Shown here one piece after another: positions 49,498-61,099 of a stretch of 64,000 bases of DNA. The stretch's first letter is position 1, and every line of letters begins with the position of its first letter. The translations under genes and the position numbers were made by a program. The DNA is from an uncultured cyanobacterium. GTDB taxonomy: Bacteria > Cyanobacteriota > Cyanobacteriia > Cyanobacteriales > CAWUOF01. The DNA lies in NCBI GenBank assembly GCA_963744145.1, contig CAVUSO010000001.1:4128001-4192000 (forward strand), in the 5' to 3' direction. Below the pieces are notes generated by a model. It saw only the letters and a program-made list of their open reading frames with translations, was not told the DNA's origin and ran no database searches.

Positions 49498-52422
49498 TTA
49501 ATGACCAATCAAATCAAACACGGCGTTTACTAAGGTGTCATCCTGAAAGCTAGATTTGGTTAAATAATAATTAGCTCCAGCTTCTAAACCGCGTAAGCGA
49601 TCTTCTTCACGGTCTTTGTATGAAACAATAATTACCGGAATTTGGCTTAATTTGGGATTAGTTTTAATATTGCTGGTCAGTTCAATCCCATTCATGCGGG
49701 GCATATCCACATCACTGACTACCAAATCATAGTGATTAGTGGAAATTGCGTGCCAACCTTCCATTCCATCTACCGCTACATCTACTTTGTAACCTTTATT
49801 TTCTAGTAACTTCCGTTCCATTTCGCGGACAGTAATCGAATCATCCACTACTAAAATACTCTTGCGTGGATCTAAATTCCTGATTTCCGTTTTCGTCGTG
49901 ACTAAACTTAGCTGTTTGTTATTCAGCATATTATCGACTGAACGGATTAAGTCCGAGGTATCCACAATCAGAATTGGTGAACCGTCTCCCATTAATGCAG
50001 CAGCACTAATGTCTTGGACTTTCCCCAATTTTGGATCTAATGGTCTTACCACTAAATCATGTTCACCTAAAAATCGATCTACTACTAGTCCGTAGAAGTC
50101 TGATTGTTCGCTGATTACCACCACAGATAAAAAGTCAGAAGTCGGTGGAGCTTGCTTTAATTCCAATACTTGATGAGCCGCTAATAAACCAATATTGCGA
50201 TTGTTCATTGTGAAGTATTGTCGGTTTTCTACTGAATAGATCTCCTCCAGATGGACATTGACTATTTGTTCAATCCGTGCTAAAGGAAAGGCATAAGGTT
50301 CGCCAGATATCTCCACTAACAGAGTCCTTACTACAGACAGGGTTAAGGGCAATTGAAAGTGAAATGACATTCCTTTGCCCATCTGGGAATTAGCTCTGAC
50401 CGTACCCCCAACTTCATGAGCCATGCTTTTGGCGATATCTAAACCGACACCACGACCAGAAATTTCGGTGACTTGTTTGGCTGTGGAAAATCCTGGTAAG
50501 AACAGGAATTCGAGCAGTTCGCTTTCGCTCAACTGAGCGGCAATTTCCGGGGTAGCTAAGTTTTTGTTAATGATTTTTTGCCGGAGAGCTTCAGGATTTA
50601 CTCCTCGACCATTGTCAGAAACCGTAATTGTCAGCATCCCTCCACGATGGGCTGCTTCTAATCGCACCAGTCCTTCAGCTGGTTTACCGGCGGCTAAACG
50701 TTCTTCGGGTAGTTCTAGCCCGTGATCAACTGAGTTGCGTAAAATGTGGGTGAGCGGCGCTTCGAGTTTTTTGATAATATCTCGATCGACTGGTGTAGCT
50801 TTACCCAGGATTTCAAATTTCACCTGCTTATTCAGTTTCCGAGCTAAATCCCGGATCATGCGGGGAAATCCTTGCACACCATCGGCAAAAGGTCGCATAT
50901 TCGAGGCAATTACTTCTCGGTACAATCGATCGGAAAGACTACCAGTGCGACGAGCATATAATTCGAGAGCAATCAGTCGATCGCTTAAAATCTGCCGACA
51001 TTCCCGTTCTTTCCCCCGAGCGTTTTCAATATAGTTCTCGTATTCGTGATTGGGGTGAAGTGCGATCACTTGCTGAAAATTATCTAAAATTTTCGATAAT
51101 TCCAGTTGGGTTTTTTTCAGCACTGCTAAGGAATCAGCAAAGGGCTGAAGCCAATTGGCTTCTATTAAGGATTCACCTGCTAATCCCATGATGCGATTTA
51201 AGTTTTCCGCACTCACTCGGACTACCCGATCGGCGCTAGCTGCATCTTCGGTTGCAGGTTGAGCTTTTTCGATTTGACCAGGTTTTGATTTAGTTAGGGA
51301 CTGAGTAGCTGGTTGGGCCGTCGCGATCGCTTGAGTTGTCTCTGTTTGAGTTTGGATCGCTGTTGGCCCCGCTACTACCATTTCTGGTTTTGGTGCTTTT
51401 CTCACTGGTGGTGCCGATCCTGGGGTGAGGAGGGCAGCAACTTGGTCTCTGGTACTTTCCACATCATCTCGGTTGGCCATTACCCAGCTTTGTCCATGCT
51501 GACTAATATTCAACAACAGATCGACTGCATGGAGAATAATATCAACTCCATCAGCTTCGAGAGTAATTTTTCCAGCTTGAGCTGCGACAAAGCAATCCTC
51601 CATCACATGGGCTAAATGCACTGCCGCATCTAGGGAGACAATCCGGGCTGCTCCTTTGACTGAATGGGCTGCTCGCATTAATGACTCTAGGACTTTAGGA
51701 GAACCCGGTTCACTTTCTAGAGCTAAAAGTCCGTCATTTAAAACCACTGCTTGAGCATCTACTTCTAGCCGGAATAAATCTAACATGGAGCTATCACCCA
51801 TGTTCCCACTATCCCCCGTTTCTAAAGCAGCAGAACTGGTAGTTATATTTATTTGAGGCTCAGATGGTGCGATCGTAGGAATCGGGGTGATTTCTGTGGT
51901 TGGTGGGGTTGGGGCTACAGTTGGGGTGATTACCTGTGGTGTTGATATTTCTGATTTTGAAGATAAACTGGGCACCTCTACCCTTGGCAAAGCAGTTGAC
52001 ACCGTTTCAGATGTCAGTAAGTTATTAATAGCGTTTGTAATAGTTTCGATATGCTGTTGATTTTCCCCGAGCCAGTTGGTTAAGTTTTCTTCTTCTACTC
52101 GACTAATGCTCAGGAGTAAATCCACCCCTTGCAATAGCACTTGAATGCGATTTCCATCGAGGTTAAATTTTTGCTTTTGAGCAGTTTCCAAGGACTTCTG
52201 GAGAGCCACAGTTAGCTGTACTGCGGCATCAACTTCTACTAGCCGAGCTACTCCTTCTACCATCCTAGCCGATTTCGCTAAAGACTCTAGCATTTGGGTA
52301 GTTTGGGGCTGACCTTCTAGGGCCTTAATTCCCTGGTTTAATATAGTTACTTGAGCTTCTACTTCCTGACGAAATACCTCAAGCAGACTGAATTCGGGCG
52401 GATCTTGTTTTTGTTCGCTCAT
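49498..52422 (-). CDS. CheA-REC hybrid kinase (WspE-like)
   Basis: Hpt MRAAHSVKGAARIV, HILRNSVDHG, ISGRGVGLD, CheW-like P5 domain, and C-terminal REC (VDDSITVRE, SDVDMP, SYKDREED). Confidence 0.93.
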   Translation of the reverse strand: MSEQKQDPPEFSLLEVFRQEVEAQVTILNQGIKALEGQPQTTQMLESLAKSARMVEGVARLVEVDAAVQLTVALQKSLETAQKQKFNLDGNRIQVLLQGVDLLLSISRVEEENLTNWLGENQQHIETITNAINNLLTSETVSTALPRVEVPSLSSKSEISTPQVITPTVAPTPPTTEITPIPTIAPSEPQINITTSSAALETGDSGNMGDSSMLDLFRLEVDAQAVVLNDGLLALESEPGSPKVLESLMRAAHSVKGAARIVSLDAAVHLAHVMEDCFVAAQAGKITLEADGVDIILHAVDLLLNISQHGQSWVMANRDDVESTRDQVAALLTPGSAPPVRKAPKPEMVVAGPTAIQTQTETTQAIATAQPATQSLTKSKPGQIEKAQPATEDAASADRVVRVSAENLNRIMGLAGESLIEANWLQPFADSLAVLKKTQLELSKILDNFQQVIALHPNHEYENYIENARGKERECRQILSDRLIALELYARRTGSLSDRLYREVIASNMRPFADGVQGFPRMIRDLARKLNKQVKFEILGKATPVDRDIIKKLEAPLTHILRNSVDHGLELPEERLAAGKPAEGLVRLEAAHRGGMLTITVSDNGRGVNPEALRQKIINKNLATPEIAAQLSESELLEFLFLPGFSTAKQVTEISGRGVGLDIAKSMAHEVGGTVRANSQMGKGMSFHFQLPLTLSVVRTLLVEISGEPYAFPLARIEQIVNVHLEEIYSVENRQYFTMNNRNIGLLAAHQVLELKQAPPTSDFLSVVVISEQSDFYGLVVDRFLGEHDLVVRPLDPKLGKVQDISAAALMGDGSPILIVDTSDLIRSVDNMLNNKQLSLVTTKTEIRNLDPRKSILVVDDSITVREMERKLLENKGYKVDVAVDGMEGWHAISTNHYDLVVSDVDMPRMNGIELTSNIKTNPKLSQIPVIIVSYKDREEDRLRGLEAGANYYLTKSSFQDDTLVNAVFDLIGH

Positions 52423-53105
52423 AATATCCTTCGGTTTAAGGTGTAAAATAGTAGATCTGAGTCTAAGTAATTTACTTTATGTCCCTGCCAGCGAAAGACA
52501 CCTTTTGTATAAGTTTCTGCCGCTTTAGCAATTACCACGGGGGTAGTTTGGAGTTCGCGTAGTTGGAAACGATGAATACCGCAGATTTCATCCACTGTAA
52601 ACACCCAGCGATTATCTTGGTTAGTCAAAACTACCATTCGTTTCGATATCACTAAACTAGTCCGATCCGCACTAGGTGCATGATCCAGATCGAGGAGATT
52701 ACCCAAAGAAATACACATCAGAATTTCTCCCCGAATGTTGACCAAACCCATAAATAAGTCGTTACTACGATGGGGTAGAGTATGAATTACACAGGGATCG
52801 GTGACTTCCTGAAGTAACCCGACTGGCACCGCTAACCATTCTCCACCCAGTAGAAATATCATAGCTGATATGGTTTCTCCCGAAGCGACTAAAGCCCCAC
52901 TAATTTGGGATTGCACATCATCGGGTGTATTTTTCGCCAGAATCTCTGTCCACTGCTTTAAATAATCTACTGGTGGTTCCCTTTCTAATAAACTACGTCC
53001 CACCGTCGAATAAACGGGACAGTTCCGACAGTGAGTTACTTTTTTCAGCTCTGGACAGGAGCGATCGCCCTCTACTCCGATCTGTTTCCAACAATCATTA
53101 CTCAT
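52419..53105 (-). CDS. CheW-like scaffold (WspD-like)
   Basis: WspD-type N-terminal Cys motif DCWKQIGVEGDRSCPEL..HCRNC; HTLPHR..GLVNIRGE. Confidence 0.9.
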   Translation of the reverse strand: MSNDCWKQIGVEGDRSCPELKKVTHCRNCPVYSTVGRSLLEREPPVDYLKQWTEILAKNTPDDVQSQISGALVASGETISAMIFLLGGEWLAVPVGLLQEVTDPCVIHTLPHRSNDLFMGLVNIRGEILMCISLGNLLDLDHAPSADRTSLVISKRMVVLTNQDNRWVFTVDEICGIHRFQLRELQTTPVVIAKAAETYTKGVFRWQGHKVNYLDSDLLFYTLNRRIL

Positions 53106-53186
53106 AATTTTTATTGCCAATTACTTGAATATAGGTCTTCAGCAACAGTATAACTAGAGATGTGCTACTAGGTTCGATCAGACCTC

Positions 53187-54596
53187 CTAACTATCCAATT
53201 GTCGTAGGGATAAATTAATCTCTCGCAAAGACTGGGAAGTTTGCAATGAAACTTCAGTTAATTGAGCCATTGCCTCACTGATTTGTTCAGCTCCTTGAGC
53301 TTGTCCTTCCATATTGTTACTCACCTGTTCAAAACGAGGAGTTAGAGTTTGTACTTGCCCAATAATCGCCTCTAATTTCATCCCGATCTTGCGAACATCC
53401 TCTACTCCAACTTCTACATTTTTGGTAAATTTATCCATTTCCATTACCCCTGTCGAAACTGAACCTTGCATTTCTTTTACCATATTTTCAATATCTAAAG
53501 TTGCCACAGCTGTTTGGTCAGCAAGACGGCGAATTTCCCGGGCAACTACTGCAAAACCTGCGCCGTATTGTCCAGCTTTTTCAGCTTCAATAGCGGCATT
53601 AAGTGATAGCAAATTTGTTTGATCTGCGACTTTAGTAATCGTAGTTATAATACTACTAATTCGGCTAGCTTTTTCACTAATCGTTCCTAATTTTGCGGAA
53701 ATGCTACTAGTAGCAATTGCTAACATTTGCATGGTCTTTTCCATTTGGATCAAGTCATTTTGACTATCTCCTGCTGCATTAGCAGTGACTTGGGATGTTT
53801 GTTTTACCTCCTCGATTGTGTTCATTAAGTATTTGGAATTTGCGGCAATCTCTTTCGAGGTAACAGCCACCTCATTAGTCGAGGATACCTGTTCGGTCAT
53901 CGTCACCTCAAGTTCTTTGCCAGCCTCAGCTATGTTGATAAATAAATTTAAGCTTTTTACTAGGTTGGATAGCAAATATGCCTCCACTAATGCCAGCGCG
54001 GTTAACGCGAGTGAGCTGAAATTTATTAACCTAATTGACCCTTGGGTTTCCTCATTCAGTGTTCTCAATAAACCTTGCTCAATTTGGTTAAATTCTTGAT
54101 TGGTTATCTCGAATTTTCCTAAATTATTTTTGGATTCTTTTAGGTAGGTATTTATGGCCTCTTTTAGTTTACCTTCATCTCTCAAATGAAAAGTTCTTTG
54201 CGCGAGTTCTTCAAATTGATTTTCCAAGTCTACCAGATTACTAAATTTTTCTTTTTCGGCAAAATCGGGATCTTTTTTAATCAGAGTTTCTAACTCTTTC
54301 TTAGCGTCTAAATAATTATTTCTTTCCTTTTCATAACGTTGGAAATCCCCATCATCATTACCCACAAGTAGATAGCCCCGAACTTGCCTACCCATGAATG
54401 CCACTCTCAAAAGCATATTATTTGCTGCTAGAGTCGTATCCTGGGTTATTCTGGTTTTCTCATTAAGTTGGAGTGAGTGGGAAGAACTTAGATATACTAT
54501 TCCATTTCCCATAATCAATAATAGGAATATTATTGCCGGAATCAAATGATTCAAGAAGATGCGCTTGCGGATGTTCATTTTGTTCATTTTGTTCAT
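53187..54596 (-). CDS. Methyl-accepting chemotaxis protein with a CHASE3-like sensor, no HAMP and a shortened C-terminus
   Basis: QVRGYLLVG (CHASE3-like); hairpin tip [19 protein letters not shown]. The start is one of three ATGs at 54596, 54587 or 54578. Confidence 0.85.
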   Translation of the reverse strand: MNKMNKMNIRKRIFLNHLIPAIIFLLLIMGNGIVYLSSSHSLQLNEKTRITQDTTLAANNMLLRVAFMGRQVRGYLLVGNDDGDFQRYEKERNNYLDAKKELETLIKKDPDFAEKEKFSNLVDLENQFEELAQRTFHLRDEGKLKEAINTYLKESKNNLGKFEITNQEFNQIEQGLLRTLNEETQGSIRLINFSSLALTALALVEAYLLSNLVKSLNLFINIAEAGKELEVTMTEQVSSTNEVAVTSKEIAANSKYLMNTIEEVKQTSQVTANAAGDSQNDLIQMEKTMQMLAIATSSISAKLGTISEKASRISSIITTITKVADQTNLLSLNAAIEAEKAGQYGAGFAVVAREIRRLADQTAVATLDIENMVKEMQGSVSTGVMEMDKFTKNVEVGVEDVRKIGMKLEAIIGQVQTLTPRFEQVSNNMEGQAQGAEQISEAMAQLTEVSLQTSQSLREINLSLRQLDS

Positions 54597-54598
54597 TT
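54572..54598. repeat. 9-bp tandem repeat (3 copies) spanning an MCP start codon
   Basis: TGTTCATTT x3, encoding MNK-MNK-MNI on the minus strand. Confidence 0.85.
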
Positions 54599-54669
54599 TG
54601 TCAAAGATAATAATTTTTCTCGGCATCGTAATGGGATAAAATATCTCAATTTCGATTAACTTTTTGAAG

Positions 54670-56421
54670 TTATGCAGTAGCAATTTTAAATTGGGCAATG
54701 GACTGACGTAGCGCTTGCGCTGCATCATTTAATTGGTTAATGGCACTATTAATTTCCCGCAATGATTGCGCGGTCTGTGCTGATGATTCACTCAATTGCA
54801 CCATCGCTTCACTAATTTGACCTGCTCCCTGGGATTGGGATTCCATACTATTACTTACCTCCGCAAATCGGGGAGTGAGGTTTTGCACTTGTTCAATAAT
54901 TGATTCTAATTTATGGCTAATTTTCCCCACATCCTCTACCCCCTGTTCCACTTCTTTGCTAAATTTATCCATCTCCATCACCCCCGTGGACACTGCCCCT
55001 TGCATCTCTCTCACCATATTTTCAATATCTAAGGTGGCTACTGCTGTCTGATCCGCTAACCGTCTGATCTCCCGCGCTACTACCGCAAAACCTGTCCCAT
55101 ATTCCCCCGCTTTCTCCGCTTCGATCGCTGCGTTCAAGGATAGTAAGTTAGTTTGATCGGCGACTTTAGTAATCGTAGTTACAATACTATTAATACTATT
55201 GGCTTTATCACTAATCACACCTAATTTCGCGGCAATACTACTAGTTGCACCCACTAAATTCTGCATGGTTGATTCCATATGCAATAGGTCTTTTTGACTA
55301 TCCCCAGCCGCAGTTCCTGTGGTTTTTGATGCTTGTTCTACTCCTCCAATGATCTTGGTTAAATGTTGGGAATTAGTCGCGATTTCCCGAGCTGTTGCTG
55401 CTACTTGATTGGTGGATGCTACTTGTTGGGCCATGGTCGCTTCTAATTCCTTACCCGAAGCCGAGATTTGAGTACCAGAGGTGGTAATTTGCAGCGCTGA
55501 TTGTTGGACTTGACGGACTAAATTATTCAGATTTTGAGTCATGGTTCGGAATGCTACCATTAATCGACCCACCTCATCTCGGTCTTCTGTAGTCTCTACA
55601 TTCGTCGTTAAATCCCCGAGAGAAACTTTTTCCGCTACTCCCACCACTCCCGCAATTTTCGCACCCATGGGTTTGGCGATCGTATTACTGAAATAAACTC
55701 CAAAAACTCCTGCTAATAATGGACCAATAATTAATCCCATCCAGATCCAGAAGCTCGTTCTCGATACATCGACTTCTGCTGCTTGTTTAGCACCTTCTGC
55801 TAATTTTCTGTTATATGATAATAGGTCTTGGATCGCATTTGATGCTGATTCATAAGCTGGTTCTAATGTGCTAAAGACGTAATCATTCATATCTGTCAAA
55901 ACCTGAGCTGCTGATTCAGCGGCAATATATTCAGGTGTATTATTTTTTCCCTGTTTTAACAAGTCAGCTTGAACTTTTTTGGGATTAGCAACACCGTATC
56001 TTAAGAATTTATTGTGCATCTCCATATAAGCTTGGTTGGTTGATTGCCATTTATCCAATTCGTTCAAAACTTTTTTGTAAATTTTATCTTCATCATCATC
56101 GTGTCGGAGCTTGTCGTAAATAGCAAATCCTTCTTTAATATTTTTCTGGGCAGTTTCTGTATTTGTGATCACTTTTTGTCTTTGTTCGTTAGTTAATGCT
56201 GTAATTACTAGGGATTGCTCTGAACCATAAAGTTTAGTAACTCCTTCCTTTACTTGCCCGATATTATCTATGCTAGGCAAAGCATTTTCAGCAAAGGTAT
56301 CAACATCATTTTTTAGACTATTATTCCCATTCCAGCCGATTAAACCCACTATTAAAACAATGAAACCTATCACTAGAAATCCTGAGATCAATTTGGTTTG
56401 CAATGACTGGTTTTTTAGCAT
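54670..56421 (-). CDS. WspA-like MCP (TM-4HB-TM-HAMP-signalling)
   Basis: Two TM helices, LPS..-type 4HB sensor, HAMP (GDLT..DEVGRL) and tip [22 protein letters not shown]. Confidence 0.93.
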   Translation of the reverse strand: MLKNQSLQTKLISGFLVIGFIVLIVGLIGWNGNNSLKNDVDTFAENALPSIDNIGQVKEGVTKLYGSEQSLVITALTNEQRQKVITNTETAQKNIKEGFAIYDKLRHDDDEDKIYKKVLNELDKWQSTNQAYMEMHNKFLRYGVANPKKVQADLLKQGKNNTPEYIAAESAAQVLTDMNDYVFSTLEPAYESASNAIQDLLSYNRKLAEGAKQAAEVDVSRTSFWIWMGLIIGPLLAGVFGVYFSNTIAKPMGAKIAGVVGVAEKVSLGDLTTNVETTEDRDEVGRLMVAFRTMTQNLNNLVRQVQQSALQITTSGTQISASGKELEATMAQQVASTNQVAATAREIATNSQHLTKIIGGVEQASKTTGTAAGDSQKDLLHMESTMQNLVGATSSIAAKLGVISDKANSINSIVTTITKVADQTNLLSLNAAIEAEKAGEYGTGFAVVAREIRRLADQTAVATLDIENMVREMQGAVSTGVMEMDKFSKEVEQGVEDVGKISHKLESIIEQVQNLTPRFAEVSNSMESQSQGAGQISEAMVQLSESSAQTAQSLREINSAINQLNDAAQALRQSIAQFKIATA

Positions 56422-56702
56422 GATTATGTCCTTATTTACTAGTTTTTGAATTATCTCCATCAGGAAAATTAAAAATTTTCATGAGTAACACTCTGACTAA
56501 TTAAGCTTGTTTTTGAGTCAATATTGAATGATGATTGACCATAATTTTATGGTACAGATGTATCTGGTGATTTTATCATATATTAGTAACCCTATATGAA
56601 CTAAATTAAATCATCACAAATAAACGGGTTAGGTGAGCACCCGGACTGATCTGAAAAATTTTTGATGATGAGACTAGGCGATCGTCATCACCAGCGTACT
56701 AG

Positions 56703-58454
56703 TTAGGGATTAGCAACTTTAAACCGAGAAATTTCCTGATGCAACCCTTGCGCTGTGTCATTTAATTCGTTAATTCCATCATTAATTGCACGTAATGACT
56801 GAGCTGTTTGGGCTGACAATTCACTCAACTGTACCATGGCATCACTAATTTGACCAGCACCCTGGGATTGGGATTCCATACTATTACTGACCTCAGTAAA
56901 TCGGGGAGTGAGGTTTTGCACCTGTTCAATAATTGACTCTAATTTGATCCTGATTTGACCGACATCCGTAACTCCCTGATCAACTACTTGAGTAAACTTC
57001 TCCATTTCGATCACTCCTGTGGAAACTGCCCCTTGCATTGCTGTTACCATATTTTCAATATCTAAAGTGGTCACTGCTGTCTGATCGGCTAAACGACGAA
57101 TTTCTCTCGCTACTACCGCAAAACCTGTCCCATATTCCCCCGCTTTTTCCGCTTCGATCGCTGCATTTAATGACAGTAAATTAGTTTGATCTGCCACTTT
57201 AGTGATGGTAATAATGATACTATTAATAGTATTAGCTTTTTCACTAATCACTTCCAGTTTAGCCGCAATACTATTGGTGGCACTAACTAAATTCCGCATA
57301 GTTATTTCCATCTGTAATAAGTCTTTTTGACTATCGGTTGCTGCGGTTCCTGTTACTTTTGATGTTTGTTCTACTTCATCAATAGTTTTGACTAAATTTT
57401 GGGAATTAGTGGCAATTTCTCTGGCTGTCGCTGTGACCTGATTCGTCGATGCTACCTGTTGGAGCATGGTGGTTTCTAATTGTTGACCTGAAGTCGAAAT
57501 GTGAATTGTTGATGTGGTAATTTGCCTAGCTGATTGCTGCACTTGACGGACTAAGGTATTCAAGTTTTCGGTCATAGTGCGGAAAGCTACCATTAATCTT
57601 CCTATCTCATCTCCTGCTTCGGTAATTTCTACTTGAGTCGTCAGATCTCCCGTCGAAACTTTTTCAGCAACTCCCACCACTCGGGAAATCTTCTTACCCA
57701 TTGGTTTAGCGATCGTATTACTAAAATAAACTCCAAAAACGCCAGCGATCGTTGGACCAAGAATTAATCCCATCAGCATGAAAAATGTAGTTTGAGATCC
57801 TTGAGCTTGGGCAGCCTGTTGAGCAGTTTCTGATAAGTTTTTGTTGTATGATAATAGTTCATCTAATGCGATCGCTGCTGTTTCATAAGTCGGCTCTAAT
57901 TTCTTAAATGCGTAATCATTCATGTCGTTGAGTAACTGTGATGCAGCTTCAGCAATTATATATTCAGGTGTATTACTTTTTCCTTGTTTTAACAGATCAG
58001 CCTGAATTTGGTTCGGATTAACTAAATCGTACCTGAGAAATTTGTTATGAAACTCCGTATACTCTTGACTGACAGCTTTCCACTTACTCCACACCAGCAA
58101 AAATTTTTGGTAAATTTTATCTTCATCTAGTTCTCTTGGGAGTTGTTCATAGGTATAAAATCCTTCCCCAATTTTTTTCCAAGCAGTCAGAATGTCGCTC
58201 GCACGTTTTTGTCTCTGCTCCCTAGTTAAAGCAGTAATAATTAGTGCTTGTTCTGAACCATAAACTTGAGTATTTCCTTCCTTAATTGTCCATAAAGCAT
58301 CTAGACTAGGAAAAGTGTTATTTGCAAAAGTATTAATATGGGTTTGGAGGTTAACATTGCCATTCCAGCCCATCAAAGCCACAATTAAGACCAATACACC
58401 TATGAATAAGAAACCCGAAATTAGCCGTGATTGCAGTGATTGGTTTTTCAGCAT
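56703..58454 (-). CDS. WspA-like MCP
   Basis: Same architecture and conserved hairpin tip as the neighbouring MCPs. Confidence 0.93.
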   Translation of the reverse strand: MLKNQSLQSRLISGFLFIGVLVLIVALMGWNGNVNLQTHINTFANNTFPSLDALWTIKEGNTQVYGSEQALIITALTREQRQKRASDILTAWKKIGEGFYTYEQLPRELDEDKIYQKFLLVWSKWKAVSQEYTEFHNKFLRYDLVNPNQIQADLLKQGKSNTPEYIIAEAASQLLNDMNDYAFKKLEPTYETAAIALDELLSYNKNLSETAQQAAQAQGSQTTFFMLMGLILGPTIAGVFGVYFSNTIAKPMGKKISRVVGVAEKVSTGDLTTQVEITEAGDEIGRLMVAFRTMTENLNTLVRQVQQSARQITTSTIHISTSGQQLETTMLQQVASTNQVTATAREIATNSQNLVKTIDEVEQTSKVTGTAATDSQKDLLQMEITMRNLVSATNSIAAKLEVISEKANTINSIIITITKVADQTNLLSLNAAIEAEKAGEYGTGFAVVAREIRRLADQTAVTTLDIENMVTAMQGAVSTGVIEMEKFTQVVDQGVTDVGQIRIKLESIIEQVQNLTPRFTEVSNSMESQSQGAGQISDAMVQLSELSAQTAQSLRAINDGINELNDTAQGLHQEISRFKVANP

Positions 58455-58667
58455 ATTTTTTTGGTGATCAATCTAGATCAGAGCGTATTTAAAAATTTTA
58501 GTAGTTTATCGTAGTTTTATTGATCATATCTAGCTATGCCTCTCCTCATCTTAGTAGAATAATAAAAAGCCTCTGGGCTAAGAGGCTGAGAGATTTTAAC
58601 CCAAACAATTTCCAATTTTTTAACTCATTGGTTTGATTGGGAAGCTATCATTATTTAGTCTTTTTGC

Positions 58668-60419
58668 TCAAGTCTTCCCAATTTTAAACTGAGCAACTGA
58701 CTGACGTAACGCTTGGGCTGCATCATTTAATTGGTTAATGGCACTATTAATTTCCCGCAATGATTGCGCGGTCTGTGCTGATGATTCACTCAATTGCACC
58801 ATCGCTTCACTAATTTGACCAGCTCCCTGGGACTGGGATTCCATACTATTGCTTACTTCCGCAAATCGGGGAGTGAGGTTTTGCACTTGTTCAATAATTG
58901 ATTCTAATTTATGGCTAATTTTCCCCACATCCTCTACCCCCTGTTCCACTTCTTTGCTAAATTTATCCATCTCCATCACCCCCGTGGACACTGCCCCTTG
59001 CATCTCTCTCACCATATTTTCAATATCTAAGGTGGCTACTGCTGTCTGATCCGCTAACCGTCTGATCTCCCGCGCTACTACGGCAAAACCTGTCCCATAT
59101 TCCCCCGCTTTCTCCGCTTCGATCGCTGCGTTCAAGGATAGTAAGTTAGTTTGATCGGCGACTTTAGTAATCGTAGTTACAATACTATTAATACTATTGG
59201 CTTTATCACTAATCACACCTAATTTCGCGGCAATACTACTAGTTGCACCCACTAAATTCTGCATGGTTGCTTCCATATGCAATAGGTCTTTTTGACTATC
59301 CCCAGCCGCAGTTCCTGTGGTTTTCGATGCTTGTTCTACTCCTCCAATGATCTTGGTTAAATGTTGGGAATTAGTCGCGATTTCCCGAGCTGTTGCTGCT
59401 ACTTGATTGGTGGATGCTACTTGCTGGGCCATGGTCGCTTCTAATTCCTTACCCGAAGCCGAGATTTGAGTACCAGAGATGGTAATTTGCAGCACTGATT
59501 GTTGGACTTGACGGACTAAATTATTCAGATTTTGAGTCATGGTTCGGAATGCTACCATTAATCGACCCACCTCATCTCGGTCTTCTGTTGTCTCTACATT
59601 CGTCGTTAAATCCCCGAGAGAAACTTTTTCCGCTACTCCCACCACTCCCGCAATTTTCGCACCTATGGGTTTAGCGATCGTATTACTGAAATAAACTCCA
59701 AAAACTCCTGCTAATAATGGACCAATAATTAATCCCATCCAGATCCAGAAGCTCGTTTTCGATACATCGACTTCTGCTGCTTGTTTAGCAATTTCCCCCA
59801 CATTTCTGTTGTGTGATAGTAAGTCTTGCAAAGTCTGATCAGCTGGTTCAAATGCTGGTTGTAATTTGGCAAATACGTAATCATTCATATCCGTGAGTGT
59901 CTGGAATGCTGCTTCGGCGTTTAAATATTCAGGAGTATTATTTTTTCCTTGTTTCAATAAATCAGCCTGTACTTGTCTCGGATCAACAATGTTATATCTG
60001 AGAAATTTGTCATGGAGTTTCAGGTAGTCTTGACTAGCTATTTTCCACTTATCCCATACCTCCGAAAAGTTTTTATAAATTTTCTCTTCATCCGAGTCTT
60101 GAGGGAGCTTTTGGTAAATCTCCAATCCTTCCCCGATCGCTTTCCAGGAATTCTGAATATCGGTGGTAATTTTTTGTCTCTGCTGGTTAGTTAGTGCTGT
60201 AATAATTAGTGCTTGTTCTGAACCATAAATCTTAGTATTTTCTTTGTTTATTTTCCACAAACTGTCTACACTAGGTAAAGCATCTCCAGCAAACTCATCA
60301 ATGTGATTTTTGAGCCGGTTATTACCATCCCAGCCAATTAATCCCACTATTAAAACTAAAATCCCAATAATCAGAAAGCCGACCAGTAACCGCGATTGCA
60401 ATGATTGTTTTTTTAGCAT
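58668..60419 (-). CDS. WspA-like MCP
   Basis: Same architecture; the cytoplasmic part is nearly identical to that of 54670-56421. Confidence 0.93.
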   Translation of the reverse strand: MLKKQSLQSRLLVGFLIIGILVLIVGLIGWDGNNRLKNHIDEFAGDALPSVDSLWKINKENTKIYGSEQALIITALTNQQRQKITTDIQNSWKAIGEGLEIYQKLPQDSDEEKIYKNFSEVWDKWKIASQDYLKLHDKFLRYNIVDPRQVQADLLKQGKNNTPEYLNAEAAFQTLTDMNDYVFAKLQPAFEPADQTLQDLLSHNRNVGEIAKQAAEVDVSKTSFWIWMGLIIGPLLAGVFGVYFSNTIAKPIGAKIAGVVGVAEKVSLGDLTTNVETTEDRDEVGRLMVAFRTMTQNLNNLVRQVQQSVLQITISGTQISASGKELEATMAQQVASTNQVAATAREIATNSQHLTKIIGGVEQASKTTGTAAGDSQKDLLHMEATMQNLVGATSSIAAKLGVISDKANSINSIVTTITKVADQTNLLSLNAAIEAEKAGEYGTGFAVVAREIRRLADQTAVATLDIENMVREMQGAVSTGVMEMDKFSKEVEQGVEDVGKISHKLESIIEQVQNLTPRFAEVSNSMESQSQGAGQISEAMVQLSESSAQTAQSLREINSAINQLNDAAQALRQSVAQFKIGKT

Positions 60420-60568
60420 GATAGTTGGTATTAATCAAAAATTAAAAGCTCCCTAAAAAATTAACTAAAGTAGATCTTGCTAGGCTCGATTGTTTTAGCA
60501 ATTTTTCCAGCTAGAAGTATACTCTAGTTATTAGCCGAAATCCAAAAATATTGACCATTAAATTAATG

Positions 60569-61066
60569 TTATTTTTCCCTAGATTCTAAATTACTATCTA
60601 GGTTAGGGTGATGCTTGTCTGTTAGTAAAGATTGGTCTTGGGAGTCGGACAGCAAATATTCCAACCTAATTCGTTGGATCATCCCTTTATCGTCCATAAT
60701 CATTTCTCCTAAATAACTAGGTCCTTGTTCAATTGGTGTTGCTAGATCTACTAAATCACTATCTGGCTTATTTAAAGTTTCTGTGATTCGTTCTGCCATC
60801 AATCCCACACAGCGTTTAGTGTTATCTTTGCCTAGATAGTTCACCATAATGATCCTTGTACTTAAGTAGGAGCGACTAGGTTGACCTTGGATTAAATAGC
60901 AAAGATCAATCACTGGGACAATTACTGAACGATATTTAAACACACCAGCCACATAATCTGGAGACTGGGGAGTTTTTCTGAGAATCACCCTGGGAATTAC
61001 TTCAACTACATGGGAACTATCCAGCGCATATAGGTTTTCTCCTACATAAAACAGTAGCATTAACAT
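60569..61066 (-). CDS. CheW-like scaffold (WspB-like)
   Basis: MLMLLFYVG..YALD...VEVIP, P.YVAG.F.YR...VPVIDL, STRII.V, GLMAE..TET, YLGE. Confidence 0.9.
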   Translation of the reverse strand: MLMLLFYVGENLYALDSSHVVEVIPRVILRKTPQSPDYVAGVFKYRSVIVPVIDLCYLIQGQPSRSYLSTRIIMVNYLGKDNTKRCVGLMAERITETLNKPDSDLVDLATPIEQGPSYLGEMIMDDKGMIQRIRLEYLLSDSQDQSLLTDKHHPNLDSNLESREK

Positions 61067-61099
61067 GGCTGACCTCTACTCATTTTGGTAACAATAAAA

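Noticed and set aside
54597..54728. Long N-terminal extension of the 53187 MCP
   Set aside because: It overlaps the upstream MCP's 3' end; TM1 position supports a start at 54578-54596.
13874..60194. Numerous 60-130 aa ORFs antisense to or overlapping carB, ppc, kinases and MCPs
   Set aside because: They lie within well-supported genes and show no motifs of their own.
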